Source of the DNA: a virus
Lineage: Duplodnaviria; Caudoviricetes
IMG/VR virus record: IMGVR_UViG_3300049060_000024
Span: 1 to 34,319 of that record
DNA length: 34,319 nucleotides
Strand: one strand, 5' to 3'
Shown here one piece after another: positions 25,085-33,842 of this stretch (position 1 is its first letter; each line of letters opens with the position of its first letter). A model generated the notes under the pieces. That model was given only the letters and a program-made list of their open reading frames with translations, did no database searches and was not told the DNA's origin. The translations under genes and the position numbers were made by a program.

Positions 25085-27030
25085 TATTCTTCGTCTCGGT
25101 AGTCAGCAGCGAATAGGAATAGGTTCCAGTCTCCACTTGGAGTGTCGTCATCAGAGAACTCGAACTGGAGGGCGTATCCCTCAGACATATTGAAGTCGTC
25201 AACGGCCTTAATAACTGGATCTTCTGAGCCATTTGGCGTTAGGTCTACGTCGTAACTCTTGGTTTCTTCCCCAAAGTCTCTAATGACCTTAGCATTGATA
25301 GTTACTCCGTTAGCAGCCTTAGCTACTATGGCTGCATCCATGATTCCGAGCCTTCTCAAGATGTTTAGGACTAGAGGGGCCGTTCTGATGCGGGCCGCGA
25401 AGGCTACTCCGCTGTCGTCAGTTCCAGAGTCACAGATGTGAATGGTCCCGTCTGATTTGCCGATGAACGGTCGAAGGACAAGGGACCTAGTAGTGTTGTC
25501 TTCAATGTTCTCTGAGAATAGACAGACCGAAAGGGCTTCAGCTCGATCTCCAGTGAACTTGACCCATCCTCTGCGAACTCCATCTGGGAACTGGCGAGAG
25601 AGTTGAGTGTGTAGGATGATGGAAGTGTCCGGAACAACCTCATCGTTCGTTGATAGCCACCATTGAACTTGGCTAGACTCTGGATAGTAGATAGCCCGAG
25701 CGATGACGTCTGCTCCAATGTTTACTGTTTCCCATGTCTTTCGAATATCTAGACCACAAGACTGAACTCCACCCTCACCAATCCGTGAAGGACCAGCCTT
25801 TGGGTCGATGAAGTAAAGGCAAGGACGACCGTTCTGGTCTAAACCTTCCACTACGCTTCCTGGAATAGCACCCTTATCCTTAGAGAGGGCGTGGGAAGTG
25901 TAAGCTCGAGTCCTCTGACCTGTTCTGGTCATCTGGTAGATGTGGCTCCACTTGAACACGAAGATATAACCATTGACTGTTCTTGACATGGCTGTGATTT
26001 CTCCGCCTTCGAAGGTGTCTAGGTCAATGAAGTTGTCTGTGTCGATGGGTGAGCGTTCGTCGTTTCCATCGCCTGGGTCGTTTAGAACTGGTGTCCATGC
26101 AAATCGTGAAGAGAGATCTTCGTCTTCCCACGAACCAGCTAGAAGTAGTCGGTCATCGTCAGCTGCGAGGAACTTAGCCGAGTGAAGTACGTCGTAGTCT
26201 CCGATGTCTTCTGATAGAACTGCTCCAACTACATTAGCATAACCAGAAGAGAAAGAGGTTGAGTCGTCATAGGTTGTAGTTCCAACTGCAAGCGTTGTGA
26301 TTCTATAAAAGTTAGAGTTGTCTAGACTAGCTTCGACTTCCCAGTGAGTTTCATTCTCTGAGATTGTGGCTGGCTTAGTGATTCTAGCTGCTGACCCCGA
26401 ACCAGAGGGGACGAACGTGGTAGCGTCTGAAGGTTCCGAACGTAGAACAGTAGCTCCACCTGACTGAACTGTGTAGCGAACTCGATAGTATCTAGTTCCT
26501 GAAAAAGAACCTGAACCTGTGTCAGCTACGCTTGGAGCTGCTGGTTCTGCAAGGCTTGCTCGCCTAATCGTTGAACTTCCGGCTTCTCTCACATGGAGAC
26601 GGTCAACATTTGTGTCTGCTGCGATGAAGAGCTTCCCGTGAAGGGTCTGCATCTGCATCTGATAGCGGGCATTGTCTGCTACGTTTAGTGTGTCAGCAAT
26701 GGTGACCGTATGCCAAGAGGTATCCTTATACCTGATGGTTGGGGTTCCACTTAGGACGCTCACTGCCCATAACTCAGCCTCTTGCTCATCTGTCGTTGGG
26801 AGATGGCGATGGAGTTTAACTACTTCTGAGCTAGCTGTAATAGGGGTCGTGACAGCAGAGGTTCCAGCCCTACGGGTTGCAATGGTTGAATGGTCCTCTC
26901 GACTGGCGCAATGGAACTCCACGTTTTCGGCAATCGTACACTGATCCTGTGCGAGTGCTGTTACAGGGTCTGTGTCGTTATAGCCGCCTCTTAAAGAAGT
27001 GACTAGGATTCCTCGTGTTTTTGAGGCCAT
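25084..27030 (-). CDS. tail nozzle / DNA stabilisation protein (P22 gp10 / T7 gp12-like beta-propeller)
   Basis: 648 aa, N-terminal LRGGYND...AENV...RRAG, beta-rich, located downstream of the adaptor. Confidence 0.65.
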   Translation of the reverse strand: MASKTRGILVTSLRGGYNDTDPVTALAQDQCTIAENVEFHCASREDHSTIATRRAGTSAVTTPITASSEVVKLHRHLPTTDEQEAELWAVSVLSGTPTIRYKDTSWHTVTIADTLNVADNARYQMQMQTLHGKLFIAADTNVDRLHVREAGSSTIRRASLAEPAAPSVADTGSGSFSGTRYYRVRYTVQSGGATVLRSEPSDATTFVPSGSGSAARITKPATISENETHWEVEASLDNSNFYRITTLAVGTTTYDDSTSFSSGYANVVGAVLSEDIGDYDVLHSAKFLAADDDRLLLAGSWEDEDLSSRFAWTPVLNDPGDGNDERSPIDTDNFIDLDTFEGGEITAMSRTVNGYIFVFKWSHIYQMTRTGQRTRAYTSHALSKDKGAIPGSVVEGLDQNGRPCLYFIDPKAGPSRIGEGGVQSCGLDIRKTWETVNIGADVIARAIYYPESSQVQWWLSTNDEVVPDTSIILHTQLSRQFPDGVRRGWVKFTGDRAEALSVCLFSENIEDNTTRSLVLRPFIGKSDGTIHICDSGTDDSGVAFAARIRTAPLVLNILRRLGIMDAAIVAKAANGVTINAKVIRDFGEETKSYDVDLTPNGSEDPVIKAVDDFNMSEGYALQFEFSDDDTPSGDWNLFLFAADYRDEE

Positions 27031-27059
27031 TTACAACTGCTTTCTAGTTGGAAATTGCA

Positions 27060-27281
27060 TTACTGCTTAGATGCTTGCCACTCTTTAAGGACTTCGATGG
27101 CTTCCAGCTGATCGTCTGGAGAAAGGGCTCGATAGGTATCTGCTAGACGTTGAAGTCTGACTTCTGCGTGCTTAGCTACCATCGGAGCAATGATTCGATG
27201 GAATGAATCTTCAGTTGACTCCTGATCTTCCTTCAGATCGTTGAACATGGCCTCTTCTGAGGCTGTAAGGGTGATTGTCAT
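27060..27281 (-). CDS. hypothetical protein
   Basis: 73-aa ORF, TAATG-coupled. Confidence 0.65.
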   Translation of the reverse strand: MTITLTASEEAMFNDLKEDQESTEDSFHRIIAPMVAKHAEVRLQRLADTYRALSPDDQLEAIEVLKEWQASKQ

Positions 27282-28909
27282 TATGCGGAGGCTCGATAGA
27301 TAATCGTGCCGATGAAGGCGGTGTTGTTGTTGATGTCAGCAGTGGCAAGGTCAGTCGAGTTATTGGCTGCTGCCGCAGTACAACCTCTCACACGTGCAAC
27401 GGTCGTGTTGACCAACTGCACATAAAGGAGATTCACCCAATTGGTAGCCAAGTTCGCCCAGTTGGCCACTGCGACGTTATTGGTTGATGCAGTACTCAAC
27501 GATGTAAAGGGTAGACCCTGAATCTCAACTGAACCAGTAATTGTCCCCTTAGCAGACAGCACGACGTTAAACTGTGCGACAACAAGCTGACCGATCTTGG
27601 TGTAGGTGCCTGTTTGTGAGGTGTAAGTCTGTCCAGAAGTTCCGCCTGATCCACCAATTACTGGGGTCCAAGTACCCTCCTCATAGTCATCCAGTGTGTT
27701 GGCTCCTGCCGACGCGGCTTGAGTAGCAGGAAAGGTAATCTGACCGCTCTGAAGGTCTACGGCTCCTGATGACACTACTGGAGTTGTCATCGTTGGAGTT
27801 GTTAGAGATGGGGAGGTTAGGGTCTTATTTGTAAGAGTCTGGGTAGAGCTGGTGTCTACCATCGTCTTACGAGATGCACCATCACCTACAGTTAGTAGGT
27901 TATCGTCTGTGTCCCATACAATTGAGCCTTCAGCAGTTTGGGCTGGAGCTGTAGTTTGGGGGAGAAGGAACGATCCGCCTGAAGCGTCGACGGTGCTGTC
28001 AAAGTCAACGGACCCGTCGAAGTTGACCGTACTGTCGAATTCAGCTGTACCAGAAAAGAGAGTGTTGCCTGTGACGGTCTCGTTGTCAGCGAGCTTGAAG
28101 AAGGCAGACTCATCGAATCCGTCGAGCTTGTCAGCGTCAAGGTTGTCAACCTTGGCTGAACCTGATGTAACTGCAAAGGGGGCTGATGGGTCTCGGTCGA
28201 AGGTAATCAGGCCGGTCTGTGTCCAGCTTTGAGAACCGTCGAATGAACCTCCACCTGAACCTCCAGAACCACCTGCTGAACGGGCTGGGATAGTCTTACC
28301 TTGGTAAGTGTCTAGAGCATTCTCTTTAACTACCCAAAACTTTAGGTCAGATAGAATACGTTCGTATTCCTTCTGGGCCATCATTGCCATCTGAGGCTTT
28401 TCCATCTTACGAAGCTCGTCAGACATGACTCCTTCGATGAGGACGTCGTGGAATGACTCAGGGAAGGCTGGTTCGTTAGAGCCTGAGAGATCAGCTACTA
28501 CTTGGTGGGCGTCGGCGTAGAGAGTGAAGGCAGTCTGTGGGACGCAGTTAATCTCGATAGTGACTGTGTCGGCTGTGTGGGAGTGAATAGCGTAGCATGT
28601 AGGAGTATCTCCTGCTACGTATGGCATTTTTACCCGAAGCTCTTCTAGGGTGAGAAGGTCTAGGGTCTTATATGGAGAGACCGCTCGGTTGACTACAGTG
28701 ATAATCTTCTCTACGTTAGAGAAGACAACTGTAGACACACCCATAGTTACGTTCTGTTGAACAGTGCTTCTCCTTGAGAGCTGCATATTTACAGAACTTG
28801 TTACTTTACGGTAGGTTCTATTGACGGCACGTCCTACTCTCGACTCAGCAGCTGTGCTGGACAAGTTCAGACGGTCCATGATTTCTGTAACTAGTTGGGT
28901 AAACGTCAT
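27281..28909 (-). CDS. head-tail adaptor fused to tail-fibre domain
   Basis: N-terminal MTFTQLVTEIMDRL...EPAFPESFHDVLIEG (adaptor-like); GS linker; NLDADKLDG, TQTLTNKTLTSP, LDDYEEGTWTP, YTKIG, GLPF fibre motifs. Confidence 0.7.
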   Translation of the reverse strand: MTFTQLVTEIMDRLNLSSTAAESRVGRAVNRTYRKVTSSVNMQLSRRSTVQQNVTMGVSTVVFSNVEKIITVVNRAVSPYKTLDLLTLEELRVKMPYVAGDTPTCYAIHSHTADTVTIEINCVPQTAFTLYADAHQVVADLSGSNEPAFPESFHDVLIEGVMSDELRKMEKPQMAMMAQKEYERILSDLKFWVVKENALDTYQGKTIPARSAGGSGGSGGGSFDGSQSWTQTGLITFDRDPSAPFAVTSGSAKVDNLDADKLDGFDESAFFKLADNETVTGNTLFSGTAEFDSTVNFDGSVDFDSTVDASGGSFLLPQTTAPAQTAEGSIVWDTDDNLLTVGDGASRKTMVDTSSTQTLTNKTLTSPSLTTPTMTTPVVSSGAVDLQSGQITFPATQAASAGANTLDDYEEGTWTPVIGGSGGTSGQTYTSQTGTYTKIGQLVVAQFNVVLSAKGTITGSVEIQGLPFTSLSTASTNNVAVANWANLATNWVNLLYVQLVNTTVARVRGCTAAAANNSTDLATADINNNTAFIGTIIYRASA

Positions 28910-28912
28910 TGG

Positions 28913-29083
28913 TTACTTCTTGAGGAATGGCTTCGTGGCCTTGTGAATAGCACCCCTAGCTGCGTCAAATGTGTTAGAGAGGGTGTTAGGAAGGCGTGGA
29001 TCAACCTTGCCTGACTCGTTAGGAAGCTGAACGTCTCTAGGTTTGCTAGAGACACGCTTCATGAGTTCTTCAAATAGTCCCAT
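28913..29083 (-). CDS. hypothetical protein (56 aa)
   Basis: [22 protein letters not shown]...; TAATG coupling. Confidence 0.6.
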   Translation of the reverse strand: MGLFEELMKRVSSKPRDVQLPNESGKVDPRLPNTLSNTFDAARGAIHKATKPFLKK

Positions 29084-29229
29084 TACTTCTTATCCTTCTT
29101 TTTCTTCTTAGACTTGCCAGCGACCTTATAGGCGATGGCGATCGCTTGAGCCTGCTCTCGACCTGAGTGCATCAGCTCACGAATGTTGCTTGAGATGACC
29201 TCTTTTGAGGAACCTTTAAGGAGTGGCAT
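29083..29229 (-). CDS. small basic phage protein (48 aa)
   Basis: [48 protein letters not shown]; pattern common in phage structural regions. Confidence 0.8.
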   Translation of the reverse strand: MPLLKGSSKEVISSNIRELMHSGREQAQAIAIAYKVAGKSKKKKKDKK

Positions 29230-29230
29230 A

Positions 29231-30196
29231 TTACTTAACGGCCTTCTTATATTTGTCTATGAGTTCACTGAAGATGTTCGAGAATGACTTCCCTGAGGCT
29301 CTTTCGGCTTGAACGTCAAATAGACTAGGTTGAGTGATTGGGACCTTCCGACTTTTAGTCTTCTGGAGGTCGTTGGCGAACTTGTCACCTTGGAGGTTAG
29401 CCCTAATCTCGAAGTTGTTTGCATCGTAGCCTCCTGGAAGTTCCTGAGAGAACTTGTATTTGTCAGTGAAGTTCTTGGGGTCTACGATTCTGTCGGCTGT
29501 GTGGAGCAGTTCGTGTCCAGTGGTATTAGCCACTTGGTATGCTGGGTCTGCTTGTCTCTTAATTACAGAGGGTGATAAGTGTAGGGATGAGAGCTTCTCT
29601 ATGTCTGGGTTTAAAGCCTTAAGACTCTCTGGGACTAGGCTTGGAACAACAGGGCCTGATGAACCTAGGGTTCTCTGTCCGGTCATTAGCTGGTTGTAGG
29701 CGTCTACGTCAGCAACAGTGGTTAGATGTCCAAAGATTCTTGGGTACTTCTTCTGTGCAAACTCTAAGGCCTCCATCATTTCAGGCGGAATTGGACGGTT
29801 TGGTACTCTTGGAACCTTCTGCCAGTCAATAACCTCTTTGCCGTCTCTTAGTTTCCACTTTGGTAGCTTCTCTGGTGGGATTGACACGTCTGGAGGTCTG
29901 AAACCCATTGCCCTCCTCTCAAGGCCCTCAGCCTTGAGCTTCTTGATAATGTCTGCACCATGTTCTCTTAACTTACCAATGAGTTCTGGTTTTACAGCTG
30001 CTACAGCAGGGCCAGCTAGAGGGGTTAAGTAGGTGGTTGGGTCTTTTGGATCTCCAGCGAAGAACTCTGCAATGTCTAGGCCCCCTCCAACGACCCTCTT
30101 GAGGATCTGTTGGTACAGTGGATCCATGATCGAACGGTCATTAGACCAAGTTCGAACCGGATTCTCGGTTGTGCGTAGATCAGGTTTCTGTGCCAT
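29231..30196 (-). CDS. hypothetical protein with zincin metallopeptidase motif
   Basis: [11 protein letters not shown] (HExxH) plus downstream NNFEIRAN Glu. Confidence 0.6.
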   Translation of the reverse strand: MAQKPDLRTTENPVRTWSNDRSIMDPLYQQILKRVVGGGLDIAEFFAGDPKDPTTYLTPLAGPAVAAVKPELIGKLREHGADIIKKLKAEGLERRAMGFRPPDVSIPPEKLPKWKLRDGKEVIDWQKVPRVPNRPIPPEMMEALEFAQKKYPRIFGHLTTVADVDAYNQLMTGQRTLGSSGPVVPSLVPESLKALNPDIEKLSSLHLSPSVIKRQADPAYQVANTTGHELLHTADRIVDPKNFTDKYKFSQELPGGYDANNFEIRANLQGDKFANDLQKTKSRKVPITQPSLFDVQAERASGKSFSNIFSELIDKYKKAVK

Positions 30197-30199
30197 GAG

Positions 30200-30230
30200 A
30201 ATAAAAAAGGGAGGACGGTTAGGTCCTCCC
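30200..30230 (-). terminator. intrinsic terminator (- strand)
   Basis: - strand GGGAGGAC-CTAACC-GTCCTCCC-TTTTTTATT. Confidence 0.85.
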
Positions 30231-30266
30231 TGTGACGTCGGGTAGTTACGATGTATTGTATCGGAA

Positions 30267-30302
30267 CCTTAAACCATAAGGATAATTACTTATGGTTTAA
30301 GG
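30267..30302. repeat. perfect 14-bp inverted repeat with 8-bp spacer
   Basis: CCTTAAACCATAAG-GATAATTA-CTTATGGTTTAAGG. Confidence 0.9.
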
Positions 30303-30303
30303 G

Positions 30304-30786
30304 TTACTCGTCTAGTAGATCTTCGGGGCGCTTGTAGTTCTGTGGGTTCTGATTCTCGTCAACAATTCTCTTGAGAAGTCCTGTAAATGTGGTGATTCCA
30401 AACTGGTTTGAGAGTCTTAGTCTCTGAGAGTTTGTCTTTACCGGGTAGTCAAGGTCAATTCCACGATCCTTCCTAAGGCTAACCTTTACAAACCCCTCTA
30501 GATAGTGTCCAGGCTTAATCTTGTTGAGAAGTTCGATCTCTTCGTTAGACACAATCTCGTTAGGAATTGGGATACCATGATGGTACATTGCTCTCTTAAA
30601 CTTCAGCTTAGGGGAGCCGTCCTTGGGAGTCCAAGGGGTGCCCTTCTTCCTTGTTGATACTGTCTTCTTCTCAAGTGGTTTAGTAGCTTGGATTGCCTGT
30701 GCTAGGGCTGCGGCGAGTACTTCCAAACCTACTGTCTGAGTCGGTGCTTCTACCTTTTCTGTTTCTTTCTCTGTCTTCTTAGCCAT
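30304..30786 (-). CDS. hypothetical basic protein
   Basis: SD AAGGAG before ATG 30786 (MAKKTEKE...). Confidence 0.8.
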   Translation of the reverse strand: MAKKTEKETEKVEAPTQTVGLEVLAAALAQAIQATKPLEKKTVSTRKKGTPWTPKDGSPKLKFKRAMYHHGIPIPNEIVSNEEIELLNKIKPGHYLEGFVKVSLRKDRGIDLDYPVKTNSQRLRLSNQFGITTFTGLLKRIVDENQNPQNYKRPEDLLDE

Positions 30787-30863
30787 GTGGCTCCTTGTTT
30801 CAGCCTCCAGTTGAGTTAAATCGGGGTCCATGAGGGAGGCTCCTCGGACCCCAACTGTTCTGA

Positions 30864-33062
30864 CTACTCGAAGATATCTTCGTGGTAATCGTCGTCTTGA
30901 ATTAGCAATCTAAACGTGATTCTAGAATTTGTTCCTCCGCCAACTAAACCGCTCCAAGTTAGGATAGCATCTTGACCGTTGATGAGGTATACCCCCGTAT
31001 CACAGGTTAGAACATAGTTCCTAATGAATGGTTCTACTGCTATTCCACTCTCAGTTCGGTTTACCTTACGATGTAGTCTGTCTGGGAAGACAGGGTAAAT
31101 TTTGTACTGAGAATCAAACGGCGGTGGTTCTATCGGAGATACGCTTGTTCCTAGAGGCCTTAGAACCCTTCTGTGTAGTCTGTCTGGGAAGACCAGACGT
31201 GGCGAATACTGAGGGTCGAATGGTGGAACAAACGTTGTTGGGTCAAGTGGGATAACCGATAGAACTGGTTGAACTCTCTTAACTCTAGATAGTCTGCTTG
31301 GGTATAGAGATGTGTAACTCTCCCAAGACATGACAGGCACATCAACAATTACTCCAAAGAGTGGTTGATACTGTTGATATGTTCCACGATTGTACTTCCT
31401 ATATAGTCTATTTGGGTAAACAGACCATGGGAAATATTGTGGATCGAACGGCGGTGGTGGAGGATCGTTAAACGCGTTAACAGGTCCTGTAATCGCCGTA
31501 TAGTGGATTACCTTTGAACCGGCGATTCCACCAGTGTTGCCAAAAGCTACTGTTTCATTTGGTGGGATGGACGTAGGAGCATCAAACCGATCCATAGACC
31601 AGAAAGGCACCTGGCTTGGATGTATCTTCTTACGGAAGATAACGGTCGGATAACTTCCACGAGGTGAGTACTGCGAATCGAATGGTGCCGGTGGGTCAAA
31701 CCCGTCCATCCACCAAGATGGCATCTCACTAACATGGATTCTCTTACCAAAAACGTAATTTGGCCAAGTTCCACGTGGATGGTACTGAGGGTCGAATGGT
31801 GCCGGTGGGGTAAATCCTACCGGAGCAGTGTAGAACGAATACTGAACAAGTAGTGTGCCATTAATTTGACCAGAGTCACCAAATGTTATTGGATCTCCGG
31901 TTGGCGCAGATACTGTGAACGTGTTGGGGTCTAACGGTTGAGGATTAAGGACCTGTTGAAGTCTGTACTTTTTGTAGACCTTACTTGGGTAAAGGTTAGT
32001 ATAACCATCCCAAGACATAACTGGGACGTCAACTTCAACGCCGAAGTGAGGTTGAGCCCAGACGTACGCAGCAAGTCTGTGTTTTCTACCTAATCTTGAT
32101 GGGTAGATCGCGTTCCATCCAACACCAGCTACTGGCTGAGTAACGTCTGGAACAAAGTTTGGAGCAAATGACGCGGATAAATCTGACGGTCTACGATAGA
32201 CCAGACGGTCTGGGTAGATTGGAGCCCAATGCTGGACTGTAACAGGTGCTGCCGGTGTATCAGTGTTCCAGAACAGCGAACGGTTGTGAGCCGTTGGAAC
32301 GTTCTTCCTCGTTGCCCTTTCTGGATAGACAGGGTTCCACTCGATGCCAGCTACTGGTTTGGTGACATCTGGAACAAACTCAGGTTGAGTATAGGATTTA
32401 TACTCAACAGTTCTACGATAAGTATGTCTATCTGGATAGACAGGGTTCCAGAATACAGCAAATGCTGCAGCGGGAACGCTTGTTGGACCAGTAAGTGTCG
32501 CGTACTGAACTACTCTATTTGGGTAGAGCTGTCCTGAATCACCAAACAGTGCAGCGTTTGAGGCGAAAACAGATTTGTCGGAGTCCCAAGCTAGCGTTTG
32601 CTGCTGAGCAGTTGGGAAGACGTTCCTACGATAACGGTCTGGGTAGTTCGGAGTCCAGCTGTTTGCGGTAACTGGTTCAGTAACATCAGGGACAAAATAT
32701 GGCTCAACAGTAAATCCTTCTGGAGCCTGCTTAGAACGTGGGATCCTGTCTGGGTAGACTGGAACCTTATAGTCTGGTACCAGTTCTTGAACAGCTGGTA
32801 TAGAGACTGGGCCAACAACACTCTCGTACTGAACTACTTTTGTTGGTTGAACCGTTCCTGAGTCGCCTTGGGCCGCTGCATCGGCTGCAGCAACAGGTAG
32901 AACAATGAATGTAGTGCTAGCAAGTAGGAGGAGTGCTACTGATCGTGCAGCCGCTCGAATTGGTCTAGAAGCAGGCTGCGCCCACTCGGCAACACCTGCG
33001 GTCGCAGTTGGCCCAGCATCATGAAGAGGTTCAACGAATTGCTGGTATAACCAACGCGCCAT
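30864..33062 (-). CDS. Pro/aromatic-rich repeat protein (putative virion appendage)
   Basis: 732 aa with about 13 (W)xPxYPDR-like repeats, PPFDPQY repeats and GDSG...VQY...GP units. Confidence 0.8.
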   Translation of the reverse strand: MARWLYQQFVEPLHDAGPTATAGVAEWAQPASRPIRAAARSVALLLLASTTFIVLPVAAADAAAQGDSGTVQPTKVVQYESVVGPVSIPAVQELVPDYKVPVYPDRIPRSKQAPEGFTVEPYFVPDVTEPVTANSWTPNYPDRYRRNVFPTAQQQTLAWDSDKSVFASNAALFGDSGQLYPNRVVQYATLTGPTSVPAAAFAVFWNPVYPDRHTYRRTVEYKSYTQPEFVPDVTKPVAGIEWNPVYPERATRKNVPTAHNRSLFWNTDTPAAPVTVQHWAPIYPDRLVYRRPSDLSASFAPNFVPDVTQPVAGVGWNAIYPSRLGRKHRLAAYVWAQPHFGVEVDVPVMSWDGYTNLYPSKVYKKYRLQQVLNPQPLDPNTFTVSAPTGDPITFGDSGQINGTLLVQYSFYTAPVGFTPPAPFDPQYHPRGTWPNYVFGKRIHVSEMPSWWMDGFDPPAPFDSQYSPRGSYPTVIFRKKIHPSQVPFWSMDRFDAPTSIPPNETVAFGNTGGIAGSKVIHYTAITGPVNAFNDPPPPPFDPQYFPWSVYPNRLYRKYNRGTYQQYQPLFGVIVDVPVMSWESYTSLYPSRLSRVKRVQPVLSVIPLDPTTFVPPFDPQYSPRLVFPDRLHRRVLRPLGTSVSPIEPPPFDSQYKIYPVFPDRLHRKVNRTESGIAVEPFIRNYVLTCDTGVYLINGQDAILTWSGLVGGGTNSRITFRLLIQDDDYHEDIFE

Positions 33063-33065
33063 TCT

Positions 33066-33839
33066 TTATCCTTTAATGCCAGATCTTACTTGATCGCCAT
33101 ACACTACAACTTCTGGTTTTCCTAGAACCACCCTGTCTGGATATTTTGGGAGAGCCGTTTCGTAGTTTGTCGTTGATGCCGAGACGACTTCAACAGCGAT
33201 TGCAGCCCAATCTGAAGAGGTAAGTGTACAAGTTGCTGGAGAGCTTGTGTTTCCAATCCACATGCCGAACACACCAGTTGCTGGGGTGTTGTAGTCTGGG
33301 TCTCCCATTGCGGTCCAGCCTTCCGGAGCTGTTGGAGCAGTTTGGATGTCTGAGCCGAAGAAGGCTACGACTGCATTGTTGTTATTAGAGAAGGCTCCTA
33401 GGGTAACCGTTGGATTGGCGCTCGCATCTCCATTGTTTGTGGAGATGTTGGTCACGGCTGATGAGCCATCCGTTCCACCAGTATTGATTTGGTCGTTAGA
33501 TTCTAGAAGGAGGCCAGCTGCTCCGGTACTGTTGTCTCCAAAAGTGATGGTGTAAGTTCCAGCTGAGAGGCCCGAGGACTTCATCGCCCGAAAGAGTGTT
33601 AGTCGGTGGACGTTGCTGGCAATGGTGTCGTAGACGATTGAGCTGCCCACTTGGACGAAGGCCAGTCCTGTGGTCGTTGTGACTGTGGGGACGGTGGCTT
33701 CGGCGGCTGCGTCAGAATGGGCAACAGCTAGAAGGTAGAGACGATTGACAAGGGGCGTAAACGACCCAGAAGCATAGGTTGAGACGTTTGAAGAGCTTGC
33801 AACCGCTGCCGCTGTAATGTCGGTAAACGTAATTGCCAT
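33066..33839 (-). CDS. Ser/Thr/Ala-rich beta-sandwich virion protein
   Basis: 257 aa, beta-rich, with C-terminal PKYPDR tail. Confidence 0.7.
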   Translation of the reverse strand: MAITFTDITAAAVASSSNVSTYASGSFTPLVNRLYLLAVAHSDAAAEATVPTVTTTTGLAFVQVGSSIVYDTIASNVHRLTLFRAMKSSGLSAGTYTITFGDNSTGAAGLLLESNDQINTGGTDGSSAVTNISTNNGDASANPTVTLGAFSNNNNAVVAFFGSDIQTAPTAPEGWTAMGDPDYNTPATGVFGMWIGNTSSPATCTLTSSDWAAIAVEVVSASTTNYETALPKYPDRVVLGKPEVVVYGDQVRSGIKG

Positions 33840-33842
33840 GGA

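Noticed and set aside
27281-27500. DGR variable region (Asn/AAC-rich fibre C-terminus)
   Set aside because: No template-repeat copy and no reverse transcriptase were seen in the window.
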